Shown here: one piece after another, positions 35,305-44,387 of the stretch
How positions within the stretch are numbered: position 1 is the first letter of the stretch
How the letters are laid out: the number at the start of each line of letters is the position of its first letter
From: a virus
Taxonomy: Duplodnaviria; Caudoviricetes
IMG/VR virus record: IMGVR_UViG_3300023082_000015
Coordinates: 1 to 47,345 of that record
Direction: 5' to 3' (one strand)
Length of the DNA: 47,345 bases
Position numbers and translations under genes: made by a program
Notes under the pieces: generated by a model
What the model saw: the letters and a program-made list of their open reading frames with translations, nothing else
The model's database searches: none
What the model was told of the DNA's origin: nothing

Positions 35305-36360
35305 ATGGCTTTCTACCTCGACAAAAAGATCCTGGCCGCCAATGGCCGCCCGGCTCGCGAGCAATACGAGCACATCACCCTGCGTCGTCGCTCCGAACGC
35401 TACATGGACCTGCAACTGGCTGCACACGAAGGCGTGCAACTGGAAGCGAACGTCGGCCGTGTACCCCAGGACGTGTATCGCGACTTCGACAACACCACCA
35501 AGTCGTTGCTGACCGGTGATGAGGGCAACGTGATCCTGGACGATCTGCTGCCGCTGGCCCGCTCGCTGCCTATTGGCAAAATCACCAGCGAATACCGCAA
35601 AGTAAACGACGGTTTCGTGGCCCGCAGCTCGATCAGCGGCCAGCACGCCAAGCCCGTCGACCACGTTGCGTACGACTACGAAGGCACCCTGGTGCTGATC
35701 CACGACAACGCGTTCGGTCGCGAATGGCGTGAGATGGAAGCCATGCGCTCGGAAGGTTTCGACGCGATCGTCGACGACCAGGCTGCTTCGGTTCGTTCCG
35801 TTCGTCGCAAAGTGCTCGATAACTTCCTGAACGGCGACGCGAATGCCGTGTTCAAGGGTGTCAGCTCTTTCGGCCTCAAGAACTCCCCAGGTACCCAGCT
35901 GGTGAACCTCGGCGCCGGTGGCTTGAATACCGACATGACCGCAGCTGCCACCACCTACGCACAGCGTCAGACGGTGTTCACCACCATCCTGTCGATCCTG
36001 CAAGGTCGTGCCAACAACGTCGACGGCGACATCATGTTCTACGTGTCGCCTGAAGTCTGGTTCAACCAACTGGGCACTGGCACCAACGACACCCGCTTCC
36101 AGACCTTCCTGCAAGGCCTGCTGAACACCCCGGGCGTCGCGGGTATCAAGAAAACCAACGTGCTGACCGGCAACCAGATCCTGGCCGTCCGCCTGTCGCG
36201 TGAGTTCATCCAGCCTGCCGTTGGCATGGCCATGACCACCACGCCGATCATGCGTAACATGCCTTTCAGCGACTACCACTGGTTGACCTGGATGGCGGCA
36301 GGCATCATGGTTAAACGTGACGCACTGGGCCGCTCCGGCGTCCTGTTTGCATCGAGCTAA
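35305..36360 (+). CDS. Major capsid protein
   Basis: 351 aa, strong codon bias, AAGGAG RBS, position in the head module. Confidence 0.85.
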   Translation: MAFYLDKKILAANGRPAREQYEHITLRRRSERYMDLQLAAHEGVQLEANVGRVPQDVYRDFDNTTKSLLTGDEGNVILDDLLPLARSLPIGKITSEYRKVNDGFVARSSISGQHAKPVDHVAYDYEGTLVLIHDNAFGREWREMEAMRSEGFDAIVDDQAASVRSVRRKVLDNFLNGDANAVFKGVSSFGLKNSPGTQLVNLGAGGLNTDMTAAATTYAQRQTVFTTILSILQGRANNVDGDIMFYVSPEVWFNQLGTGTNDTRFQTFLQGLLNTPGVAGIKKTNVLTGNQILAVRLSREFIQPAVGMAMTTTPIMRNMPFSDYHWLTWMAAGIMVKRDALGRSGVLFASS

Positions 36361-36369
36361 GGAGCCATC

Positions 36370-36621
36370 ATGGCCAAGAAAAAGTTTGAACTGACCTCGC
36401 CCGTGTGGCAGAACGCCGCCGAGCAGATCCCGGCCGGCACCGTCGTGACGTTTGACGACAACGAGCCGGCCGGTATTTTCATCGGCCGCGTGCGTGAGCT
36501 GAACAGCGCCGGTGAAGCCCTGGAAGTTGCCAGCCCGGCTAAAGCTGAAACCGCGAAAGAGCTGAATGCTCAGACCGGTGAAGCCGCACCGGTGCCAGCG
36601 CCGCCTGCCGCCAAGAAGTAA
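36370..36621 (+). CDS. Small head-associated hypothetical protein
   Basis: AAGGAG RBS; follows MCP. Confidence 0.7.
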   Translation: MAKKKFELTSPVWQNAAEQIPAGTVVTFDDNEPAGIFIGRVRELNSAGEALEVASPAKAETAKELNAQTGEAAPVPAPPAAKK

Positions 36622-36637
36622 CACCTGCTGCACACTG

Positions 36638-36668
36638 AGCCCGCCCGTCACACGGTGGGCTTTTTGTT
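36638..36668 (+). terminator. Intrinsic terminator after capsid operon
   Basis: gcccgcccgt-cac-acggtgggc followed by TTTTT. Confidence 0.8.
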
Positions 36669-36717
36669 GCCTGCGCCATAGTGGTATGCTGCCTGCATTA
36701 CCGACCCAGGTGCCGAC

Positions 36718-37104
36718 ATGATCACCCTCGACCAAGCCAAGCAGTATCTCGCCAGTATCGGCGTGTCGATCCCGGACTTTGTGCTGCAGCTCATCCTCGA
36801 TCGATTCGCTATCGCGCTGCCTTGCCTGGAAGAACACTACGACCCCGCCACCATCTCGCTGATCCTGCTGAACCTGATCGGCGTGTACGGCGTGGTGCAA
36901 GGGGACCGCCTGGTGACCAGTCAAACAGCACCATCCGGCGCGTCACAGTCCTACCGGTTCGGCACAGTGACAGAGCGCTATCGCGGACAGACGGGGCCAC
37001 TGGCGGGGCTCGACACTTTCGGCTGCGTTGACGGGTTGATTCCACCGCTACCTGGCCCGAATGCCGGTATGTGGCTCGGCCGCGGGGGTTGCGAATGTCC
37101 TTAA
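36718..37104 (+). CDS. Head-tail adaptor
   Basis: SQTAPSGASQSY, LDTFGC motif; position. Confidence 0.7.
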   Translation: MITLDQAKQYLASIGVSIPDFVLQLILDRFAIALPCLEEHYDPATISLILLNLIGVYGVVQGDRLVTSQTAPSGASQSYRFGTVTERYRGQTGPLAGLDTFGCVDGLIPPLPGPNAGMWLGRGGCECP

Positions 37105-37421
37105 TCGCCCGCTGGTCGTATAAGAACACTGCCACGATCCGGCCCTACGTCGAGGAAGACTTAGAGGCTGGGGGCACCACCTACGGCCCCGAGTACACCA
37201 TTCTGTGCACCTGGGCCGCCGAGTCGAAGCAGATGCGCGATGCCAACGGCGCCGAGTTCGTCAGCAACTACATTATCTGGTCTGAGGACGCCCGGCCCAA
37301 GTACCGCGACCTCATCCTACTGAACACCGACGCCCCGACTGACTGGCAGGAGATTCGCAGTCATATGGAATGGGACATGTTGATGTTCGATGACGTGCCT
37401 GACTACCGTACGGTGACCTGA
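37095..37421 (+). CDS. Head closure/head-tail joining protein
   Basis: MSLIARWSY.NTATI..G.EFVS; position. Confidence 0.7.
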   Translation: MSLIARWSYKNTATIRPYVEEDLEAGGTTYGPEYTILCTWAAESKQMRDANGAEFVSNYIIWSEDARPKYRDLILLNTDAPTDWQEIRSHMEWDMLMFDDVPDYRTVT

Positions 37422-37422
37422 T

Positions 37423-37845
37423 ATGCCATTGAAAGGTGTGAAAGAGGCGAAAGCAGCCACGGCGAAGCTGGTGGGGCGTATTTCCGGCGACTTGAGCGAA
37501 CGCACGGTTACTGAAATTTGCATCATAGGCCAGGGGTACGCATCCGTGCGTACCCCTGTAGACACTTCTCTCTTGATCAATAGCCAATATCGCAAAGTTA
37601 CGCATGATTCTAATGGATATAAAGGCCGTGTCGGTTACACCGCTGAATACGCCGCAGCGGTTCATGACGCCAAAGGTACCTTCAAGGACAAGGACGTTTG
37701 GCGCGACCCCTGGGACCATTCCCGGGGATATTTTTGGGACCCTAAAGGTAGCCCGGGCGGCAGCCCCAGGTTCCTGCAGGTTGCGTTCGAAGTTGACGCC
37801 GGCGCGGATATAAGAGCCGCAATCAAGAGAGGCATGGCCCTGTGA
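37423..37845 (+). CDS. Neck/tail completion protein (HK97 gp10-like)
   Basis: TPVDTSLLINSQ, GRVGYTAEYAAAVH. Confidence 0.8.
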   Translation: MPLKGVKEAKAATAKLVGRISGDLSERTVTEICIIGQGYASVRTPVDTSLLINSQYRKVTHDSNGYKGRVGYTAEYAAAVHDAKGTFKDKDVWRDPWDHSRGYFWDPKGSPGGSPRFLQVAFEVDAGADIRAAIKRGMAL

Positions 37846-38240
37846 GCAACCCCTACGACGACTTTGTCACCTGGTTCAATGAGACGCCCGGAGCCTCGGC
37901 ATATACGCGCGCCCGAGGCAGCTGGGTCGACAGCCCGACCAATGACGCCAAGCGTTTCGCGGTCTTCGAGTTCATGGGCGGCCCGAAACCCGATGTTGAT
38001 CGGTTCAGCGCCGCTATCGACGTGCTGCTGCTAGGCAAGAAGGGCGAGCGTAACGTGGCCGGGGCGCTACCTGACCTTGAGGAATTCGCTTACTCCTTGG
38101 TGCGTAGGTCAATGTCGGCGAGTTGTAGCGGAAATATCACGTCGATTCGGGCGCAGGCGATGCCAACCGGGCCGGGATACACCACCGAGGACCGCCCTTG
38201 GTACCGCGTGAGTTTCTTGCTAATGGGTGTTGAGCTATGA
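37842..38240 (+). CDS. Tail terminator protein
   Basis: Position; P..TEDRP.YRVSF C-terminus. Confidence 0.65.
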   Translation: MSNPYDDFVTWFNETPGASAYTRARGSWVDSPTNDAKRFAVFEFMGGPKPDVDRFSAAIDVLLLGKKGERNVAGALPDLEEFAYSLVRRSMSASCSGNITSIRAQAMPTGPGYTTEDRPWYRVSFLLMGVEL

Positions 38241-38797
38241 AGGCGTACCTGGTAGGGGTCTACCGCATCAGGAATCTGGTAAACGGGAATCTCTACGTCG
38301 GAAGTTCTCTACATTTGCAAAAACGTAAGTCCGTACATTTTCGTGATTTACGCAAAGGTACTCACCATTCGCAACACCTTCAGAGGGCTTGGCAAAAATA
38401 CGGAGAGTCGAATTTTGTTTTTGAAGTGATGTTTCACTGCGCTAAAGAAACCGCCCGTTGGTACGAACAGAAAGCTTTAGACGTACTGCAGCCCGCTTAC
38501 AACGTTCTAAAGATAGCTGGATCGCCTTACGGTAGAAAGCATACGGAAGACGCCAAGGAAAAGATGAGGATAGCTAAAGTAGGGAAGGTTCAAACCCCTG
38601 AGCACAAAGCTGCTGTTTTAGCTGCGGCTGCGGCTCGCCGAGTTAAGAAGGGGCTATCCCCGGAACAAGTCCGCGATATCCGTATTCGTTTATCCTCGGG
38701 AGAAAATCGAAAAGACGTGAGGGCAACCTATGGTATCTCAAGACACATCATAGATGGTATTCTGCGAAAGAAGTCTTACGCATACGTAACTGACTAG
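38237..38797 (+). mobile_element. Free-standing GIY-YIG homing endonuclease gene with NUMOD3-like motifs
   Basis: GVYRIRN..NG..YVGSS..L.KR..H, LQRAWQKYG..F.FEV, PAYN, GRKHTEDAKEKM; AT-richer than its flanks. Confidence 0.88.
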
Positions 38798-38833
38798 CCC
38801 TCTTGGGCAAACTTTTAACTTGAGGGTATCAAC

Positions 38834-39319
38834 ATGGCAGGTTGCGAATCTTCGGCCTTTGTGGGCCGCGAAACATCGCTCGAATTCTCCATTGGCTGCG
38901 GTGACGCGCTGCCGCAAGAAGCCGACTGGAAGTTCATCGGCGCGCTGCGCAGTAACTCCCTGAGCACCGAGTACGACACCGTTGACGCTACCGCCGACGA
39001 CTCGATTAACAGCATCCGCGAGATGTTGGCGACCTACAAAACCGTCACCATCAGCACTGACGGTGTGGCGCGCCGCACTGACACGGCCACTGTTCACCAG
39101 ACAGAGCTGCTGCTGCACTACCTGAACCCGACGGCCACCAATGGCCAGCCGGTTGTGTGGCTGCGCCGTACTGACCCGCGTATCACCGTGGTCGGATACT
39201 TCCTGCTGTCGACCTATGACCTGGAAGCCCCGTACGACGAAATCAGCACCTTCAGCATCGAAGCGTCGTCCACCGCATCGGACTTCGGTCTGATCGTCAC
39301 CCCAACTCCAGTGGTATAA
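38834..39319 (+). CDS. Major tail (tube) protein
   Basis: W..IGALRS..DTVDATADDS..EAPYDEISTFSIEA. Confidence 0.85.
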   Translation: MAGCESSAFVGRETSLEFSIGCGDALPQEADWKFIGALRSNSLSTEYDTVDATADDSINSIREMLATYKTVTISTDGVARRTDTATVHQTELLLHYLNPTATNGQPVVWLRRTDPRITVVGYFLLSTYDLEAPYDEISTFSIEASSTASDFGLIVTPTPVV

Positions 39320-39322
39320 ATC

Positions 39323-39676
39323 ATGGCCTTGATCAAATCGATTGCTCCATTCGCCACCAATGGCAAATTCGCCGTGGCGCCGACCGTACTCACTGGCGCG
39401 GATACCCTGGTGTACAGCCCCGGCAAGCTGCAGACCCTGTACCTGTCGAACAGCACCGCAGGCAGTGTTACCGTCGTGATTGACGGCGACGCAGGCACCA
39501 CCGTTGCGCCTCCGGGCCAGGGCGGCACTATCGACGTGAGCGGCGGCTACTCGATCGCCATCGCGGCCGGCACCGTGCAAGCCGTGGCGCTCTCCACCAT
39601 CCGCAACTTCCTGCAGGGCACCGTCAACGTTACAGGCGGTGTTGCAGGTGTGACTGCTTGGATTCAAGAGGGCTAG
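39323..39676 (+). CDS. Virion structural protein (beta-rich, tail-associated)
   Basis: Follows the tube gene; Thr/Gly/Val-rich; strong codon bias. Confidence 0.65.
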   Translation: MALIKSIAPFATNGKFAVAPTVLTGADTLVYSPGKLQTLYLSNSTAGSVTVVIDGDAGTTVAPPGQGGTIDVSGGYSIAIAAGTVQAVALSTIRNFLQGTVNVTGGVAGVTAWIQEG

Positions 39677-39696
39677 TAGGCCCTTGAGGCACTGAG

Positions 39697-40041
39697 TCAC
39701 AGGCCCGCTCTGTCGTCAGACTCGGCGGCCTTTTTCGTAAGTAGCGCGTCGTGAACTTTTCGGCCCAGGAGAGGTAAATCTGTTTTGCGGATCATTTCCG
39801 GGCAGACGTCGTCACCGTGAGTGAATATGACAGTGTAATTTTCCAAGCACGAAGCGATTTCAACACCGGATTTATGTCCCGCGGAAAAAGAAACGCACTC
39901 CTGCTCCGAAAGGTCCGGGGCTGTACAGAAAGTTACGAGGGTACGCGCCTGTGCCGGGGTAAGGCAAAAATGCCCATGTGACGTTAACCCTTTGAGGAAA
40001 ACCCCACCGAAATGTGCCTTAACATGTAGACGGCTTTCCAT
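39697..40041 (-). CDS. Antisense orphan gene within the tail operon
   Basis: Own promoter and GAGGT RBS; AT-richer than its flanks. Confidence 0.6.
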   Translation of the reverse strand: MESRLHVKAHFGGVFLKGLTSHGHFCLTPAQARTLVTFCTAPDLSEQECVSFSAGHKSGVEIASCLENYTVIFTHGDDVCPEMIRKTDLPLLGRKVHDALLTKKAAESDDRAGL

Positions 40042-40074
40042 GTCGCAACACCTCTTTTCGTTTAAGATGTCGTC

Positions 40075-40104
40075 AGTGTCTACCTAGTTGTCAGGAGTGT
40101 CAAC
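40075..40104 (-). promoter_or_regulatory. Promoter with operator
   Basis: Minus strand TTGACA-N17-GACACT; GTTGTC-aggagt-GTCAAC at 40087-40104. Confidence 0.7.
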
Positions 40105-40107
40105 CCC

Positions 40108-40746
40108 ATGCAAGTTTTAACCGACATCGGCGAGATGGGCGTACAGGTGGGCGAACGCTACGTTAAGTTCCGACCGTCGCTCGCGGCCATGGCGCGCCTG
40201 GGGACGCCAAAGGAGATTGTAGAGCTGTTCGTCACGGTCTGCGGCGCGCCGCCCCTGAGCGGAAACCCGGTGCTGGATGAACCGCGCCTCAAAACCTGGC
40301 GCCGAGACCAGTTCAGCCACGCTGTCAACGTCCTGTACGCGTGCACCGACGAGGCCATCGACTGGCTGGTAGGCTACGTCAACGAGCGCTACCGGTACGT
40401 GCGCGGCGCCCTGCCGTTGGCTGACATCGTTGGCTTGGCCGCCGGCCTGCTGAAACACGGCGTACTGGGCGACATCCCGCCCGAGGCAACACGCGGCGCC
40501 AAGAAAGAGGACTACCTCAGCGAGTTCAAGGCGCGGGACTTTGCAGCCGCAGCTATGGCACACTTGGGCGCAACTGAGGCCCAGGCATGGGACATGACCA
40601 TGACGTCGTATATAATTGCCATGCGCGCTAAATTCCCGCCCGCTAAAGATGCCAAGAAAGTTCCCACTGACGACGAATATTCCCACGTGAAAGGCTGGCT
40701 CGCACGGGTCAACAAAGCACGTTTAGAGGCTGCGAACCATGGCTGA
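40108..40746 (+). CDS. Tail assembly chaperone (DUF6246-like)
   Basis: LTDIGE..FRPSLAAM..LGTP.EIV..AHLG..EAW.MTMT; directly before TMP. Confidence 0.75.
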   Translation: MQVLTDIGEMGVQVGERYVKFRPSLAAMARLGTPKEIVELFVTVCGAPPLSGNPVLDEPRLKTWRRDQFSHAVNVLYACTDEAIDWLVGYVNERYRYVRGALPLADIVGLAAGLLKHGVLGDIPPEATRGAKKEDYLSEFKARDFAAAAMAHLGATEAQAWDMTMTSYIIAMRAKFPPAKDAKKVPTDDEYSHVKGWLARVNKARLEAANHG

Positions 40747-43501
40747 AGAAGTCGGCTCCATTTACTACGATGTGGACTTCGACACGTCCAAGTTGACCAC
40801 GGGCGCGAATCGGGTCAATGCTGCCCTGGACTCCGCGCAGAAGGGCGCGGACCGTACAGACGCTGCGTTCAGCAAAGCAGCCCGGTCCATCGACGGGGCT
40901 GCGAAAGCCACAGAGGGTGAAGCTGCTGCACTGCGCAAGCTCTTGGGGCAGATCGACCCAACAGTGGCTGCTACGGGGCGCCTGGAGGATTTACAGGACC
41001 AACTCAACGCTGCCTATAAACGCGGTCTGCTGTCTACCTCGGCATATGAGGCGAACCTGAAGAAACTGGATGCGCAGTTCGATAAACTCGAGGGTGGTAC
41101 CAAAAAAGCTCAAGTTACCTCCGACGGTTTCGGCGCGAAACTAAAGCCGCTTGCCGGGATAATCGCAGGCCTAATCACAGTTCAAACTCTGAAGCAGTGG
41201 GGCGAACTTGCTGAGCAATTCACCTTGCTGCAAAGCCGAATCAATCGGCTCAGCCCGGATCTAGTGACCGCAGGCAAGACCTACCAGGAACTGTTAACCA
41301 TCGCAGCGCAGACCGGCCAGACATTGCCCGCCACTGTGAAACTGTGGGAAACACTGAGCACCAGCTTGAAGTCACTGGGCGCCACCAATGCGGAGGTCCT
41401 AACTCTGACGGGAACTCTGCAGAAAATTGGCAAAATCGGCGGCAGCAGCGCAGAGGAAACGGCCAACGCTCTTCGCCAGTTGGGCCAGGCACTTGCCAGT
41501 GGCACTCTACGCGCCGAAGAATTCAACAGCATCTCCGAGCAAACCCCTGAACTTGTGCGCCAGCTGGCGGCAGCCTCCGGGAAGTCCATGGGCGAATTCC
41601 GCCAAGCTATGCTGGACGGTAAACTATCGTCCCAGCAACTGCTCGACTTGCTCTTGCAGCGCGTGCCTCAGGTAGACGAGGAATTCCAAAAACTGCCCCG
41701 TAGTGCAGCAGACGCAGGCAATGCCGTTACGGTGGCTTTCGGGGCGGCGCTGTCCAAACTGGACCAAGCACTGGGCGCGTCCTCCGCATTGGCCAAAGCC
41801 TTGGACGGTCTCGCAGGCAGCATTAACAACATCTCAGGCAACCTCACCGGTGTCGAAAAGCTCAACTCTTTGTTGGTCGACCAGGCTGATACCACTCGTT
41901 TGATCGCGTTCGAAAACGATCGGCTGTTCGGCCCGAACAAAAAACGCCTGGAACAGCTGACCACGCTGCAGCAGAACCTCAATGACCAGATTGAGTTTCA
42001 GCGTAAAACACTCGCACAGACGCCGACCCAAGGTAAGTCGACGCGGGTAGAGCCGACTACCTCGCCGGACGGCCAGAAAGAAATCAAGCGACTGCAGGAC
42101 GAAGCGGCAGCTCTTCGGGTTCAGGGGCTAGAACGTGCGCAAATCCTGGCGGTGCAAAAACTTGGGGCCAGTGCAACAGCTCAGGAAATCGCGCAGGCTA
42201 AACAACTTGCCGCCGAAATCTACAAGCAGAAAGAAGCAGAAAAACAGGCTAAAACTGACAAAACTAAGTCTGCGAGCGAAGCTGCAAAGGCTGAAACCGC
42301 CCGTGCCGCTGCAGCACGCAAAGCTGCGAACGAAGAAAAAACCGGTATCGAGCAGAACCAGAAGGCGTTTACTCAGCTCGGCAGCCAACTGGCAAAGGTA
42401 GGCCAGACCGCGCGAGAGGCCGCCCAGGACTCGGCACAGCTCAGTCTGAACAAGTACGCCACCCCGGAACAGATTCAGGCTGTGCGGGACATGGCGGGCG
42501 CGCTCTACGATTTGAAAACAGGCAAGGACCTGTTGGCAAAAGTTGATCCGATCGCCGCGGAGACCCAGGGCTACGAATTGCAGCTCCAGCAGTTGCAGGC
42601 GCTGAACGACCAGAAGCTACTCAGCGACCAACGTTACCTGGAGCTGAAGGGCCAGGCGGAACGCGCCCACCTGGAACAAATGCGCGTTTTGCAGGAGGAA
42701 AACTTCAAAGCGGCGTCCCTTGGCAATCAGTTACTGCTTAACAGCATCGACGCCTTGGGCCAGTCGGGAACGCAGGCAATCAGCGGTCTCCTGGCAGGTA
42801 CAACGTCGCTCAAGGACGCCATGGGCGGCATCGCTAACACGGTGCTCAACACCGTCGTGGGCGCTTTCGTACAGATGGGCGTCAACTGGGTCAAACAGCA
42901 GATTATGATGGCGGGCGCTGCGCAGGCAACGACAGCAGCGCAGGTAGCCGGTACGGCGGCAGTAACGACGGCGCAGGTGGGCGCTACAGCGACGATCGCG
43001 GCTACCACTACCACGGCGGCGGCTACCACGGGCACGGCGGTAGCGTCCTCTATGGCGCCCGCCGCAGGCCTGTCGTCTATCGCTTCGTTCGGCGGCGCGG
43101 CAGTGATCGGCGGCGCGGCGCTCCTGGCCACCATGCTCCTGGCCAAGTCCTTTGGCGGCGGCCGGCAGTACGGCGGTGGGGTATCCGGCAACAAAATGTA
43201 CCGGGTGAACGAGGGCGGCGCGCCGGAGATTTTCAACGCGGCCGGCGGTAAGCAGTACATGATGCCCAACACCCGCGGCGAGGTCGTGAGTAACAGAGAC
43301 GCCACCTCGGGCGGCGGTGACTCGGCAGCACCAATCATCAACATCAATAACTACGGAAGCGGGGCAGCGAGTGCTTCGAGCAAGTGGAGTGACGCGGACC
43401 GACGTTTCATCATCGACGTGACGGTCGCAGACGCGCAGAGCAACGGGCGACTGGGTCAAACCGTAAACCAAATTACCGGAACGCAGAGGCGTGGGGCATG
43501 A
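40739..43501 (+). CDS. Tape measure protein
   Basis: 920 aa, Ala-rich helical; QLGQALASGTLRAEEFNSI; C-terminal GGRQYGG..YRVNEGGAPE. Confidence 0.95.
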   Translation: MAEEVGSIYYDVDFDTSKLTTGANRVNAALDSAQKGADRTDAAFSKAARSIDGAAKATEGEAAALRKLLGQIDPTVAATGRLEDLQDQLNAAYKRGLLSTSAYEANLKKLDAQFDKLEGGTKKAQVTSDGFGAKLKPLAGIIAGLITVQTLKQWGELAEQFTLLQSRINRLSPDLVTAGKTYQELLTIAAQTGQTLPATVKLWETLSTSLKSLGATNAEVLTLTGTLQKIGKIGGSSAEETANALRQLGQALASGTLRAEEFNSISEQTPELVRQLAAASGKSMGEFRQAMLDGKLSSQQLLDLLLQRVPQVDEEFQKLPRSAADAGNAVTVAFGAALSKLDQALGASSALAKALDGLAGSINNISGNLTGVEKLNSLLVDQADTTRLIAFENDRLFGPNKKRLEQLTTLQQNLNDQIEFQRKTLAQTPTQGKSTRVEPTTSPDGQKEIKRLQDEAAALRVQGLERAQILAVQKLGASATAQEIAQAKQLAAEIYKQKEAEKQAKTDKTKSASEAAKAETARAAAARKAANEEKTGIEQNQKAFTQLGSQLAKVGQTAREAAQDSAQLSLNKYATPEQIQAVRDMAGALYDLKTGKDLLAKVDPIAAETQGYELQLQQLQALNDQKLLSDQRYLELKGQAERAHLEQMRVLQEENFKAASLGNQLLLNSIDALGQSGTQAISGLLAGTTSLKDAMGGIANTVLNTVVGAFVQMGVNWVKQQIMMAGAAQATTAAQVAGTAAVTTAQVGATATIAATTTTAAATTGTAVASSMAPAAGLSSIASFGGAAVIGGAALLATMLLAKSFGGGRQYGGGVSGNKMYRVNEGGAPEIFNAAGGKQYMMPNTRGEVVSNRDATSGGGDSAAPIININNYGSGAASASSKWSDADRRFIIDVTVADAQSNGRLGQTVNQITGTQRRGA

Positions 43502-43989
43502 GTACCATTTTAGATATCCTGCGATCGAGCGGTGGCAGTGACTGCGAGGTGCATTGCCTGGAGATCACATCTACGGCTTGGGCCGACCCTGTGCTCATCT
43601 GCGACCAGTTTTTCGACTTTACCGCTACGTCAGAAGATGGCCGCGTGCTGACCTACATCGCTACTGCGTTCGACCCCTCTTTGCCCAAGCGCGACAACTC
43701 AGGCGCACAGACTTTGGGTATCGCCATAGATAACGTGTCTGGCGAAGCACAGCGGCGCATAGACCAAGCAAACGAGGTCGCGGCGCCCATTCTCATGACG
43801 CTACGCACCTACTTGGAATCAGACCCCTCGGCGCCCGCAGAACCCCCGCTTTACCTTGATGCGCTGGCGGCAGAGATAGAGGGGCCAACCGTGCAATTTA
43901 CGGCGGGCTACTTCAACTTGATCGACACCGCCTGGCCCCGTTTCAGGTATACCCAAAAATTCTCACCGGGTGTGAAGTACATCACATGA
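43498..43989 (+). CDS. Minor tail protein (DUF1833, lambda L-like)
   Basis: SLPKRDNSGAQTL..AIDNVSG..WPR.RY..F.PG. Confidence 0.85.
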   Translation: MSTILDILRSSGGSDCEVHCLEITSTAWADPVLICDQFFDFTATSEDGRVLTYIATAFDPSLPKRDNSGAQTLGIAIDNVSGEAQRRIDQANEVAAPILMTLRTYLESDPSAPAEPPLYLDALAAEIEGPTVQFTAGYFNLIDTAWPRFRYTQKFSPGVKYIT

Positions 43990-44387
43990 ATAAGTTCATG
44001 CGCGTTCCCTACGTTGACGGTGGCCGCACTCTCGAAGGCTTGGACTGCTGGGGCCTTGTACTGGCAGTACGACAGGAACTTGGGCTACCGGGGCTTTCAG
44101 ACGACCCGCTGGCGATCAGAGGGAACGGCGCTGCAGTGCTTTGTCAGTTTCAGGGTGTGAGTTCGGGGCTAGTATCCGGCCAAAGTCCGCGCCCTGGTAC
44201 CCTGGCCGCAGTGTTTAAGGGTAGGCTGTTCGTCCACGTTGGCGTAGTAGTGGAGGCGGATGGTAGGCTGTGGGTAATTGAAACGAATCCTGGCGTCGGG
44301 GTGAGCATGCGCAGCATCCCTGACTTCGCCGCGGCTTACTACAGAGTGGTGTTCTACTGTGATCGAGATTTACCCGAATCGTCTTGA
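43986..44387 (+). CDS. NlpC/P60 tail tip assembly protein (lambda K-like)
   Basis: PY..GGR..GLDCWGLV..HVGVV. Confidence 0.85.
   Translation: MNKFMRVPYVDGGRTLEGLDCWGLVLAVRQELGLPGLSDDPLAIRGNGAAVLCQFQGVSSGLVSGQSPRPGTLAAVFKGRLFVHVGVVVEADGRLWVIETNPGVGVSMRSIPDFAAAYYRVVFYCDRDLPESS

Noticed and set aside
34498-36924. 808-aa minus-strand ORF
   Set aside because: Antisense shadow of strongly codon-biased capsid genes, with no recognisable motifs.
40108-40746. Programmed frameshift in the tail chaperone
   Set aside because: A single ORF runs up to the TMP start, so no second-frame extension is needed.
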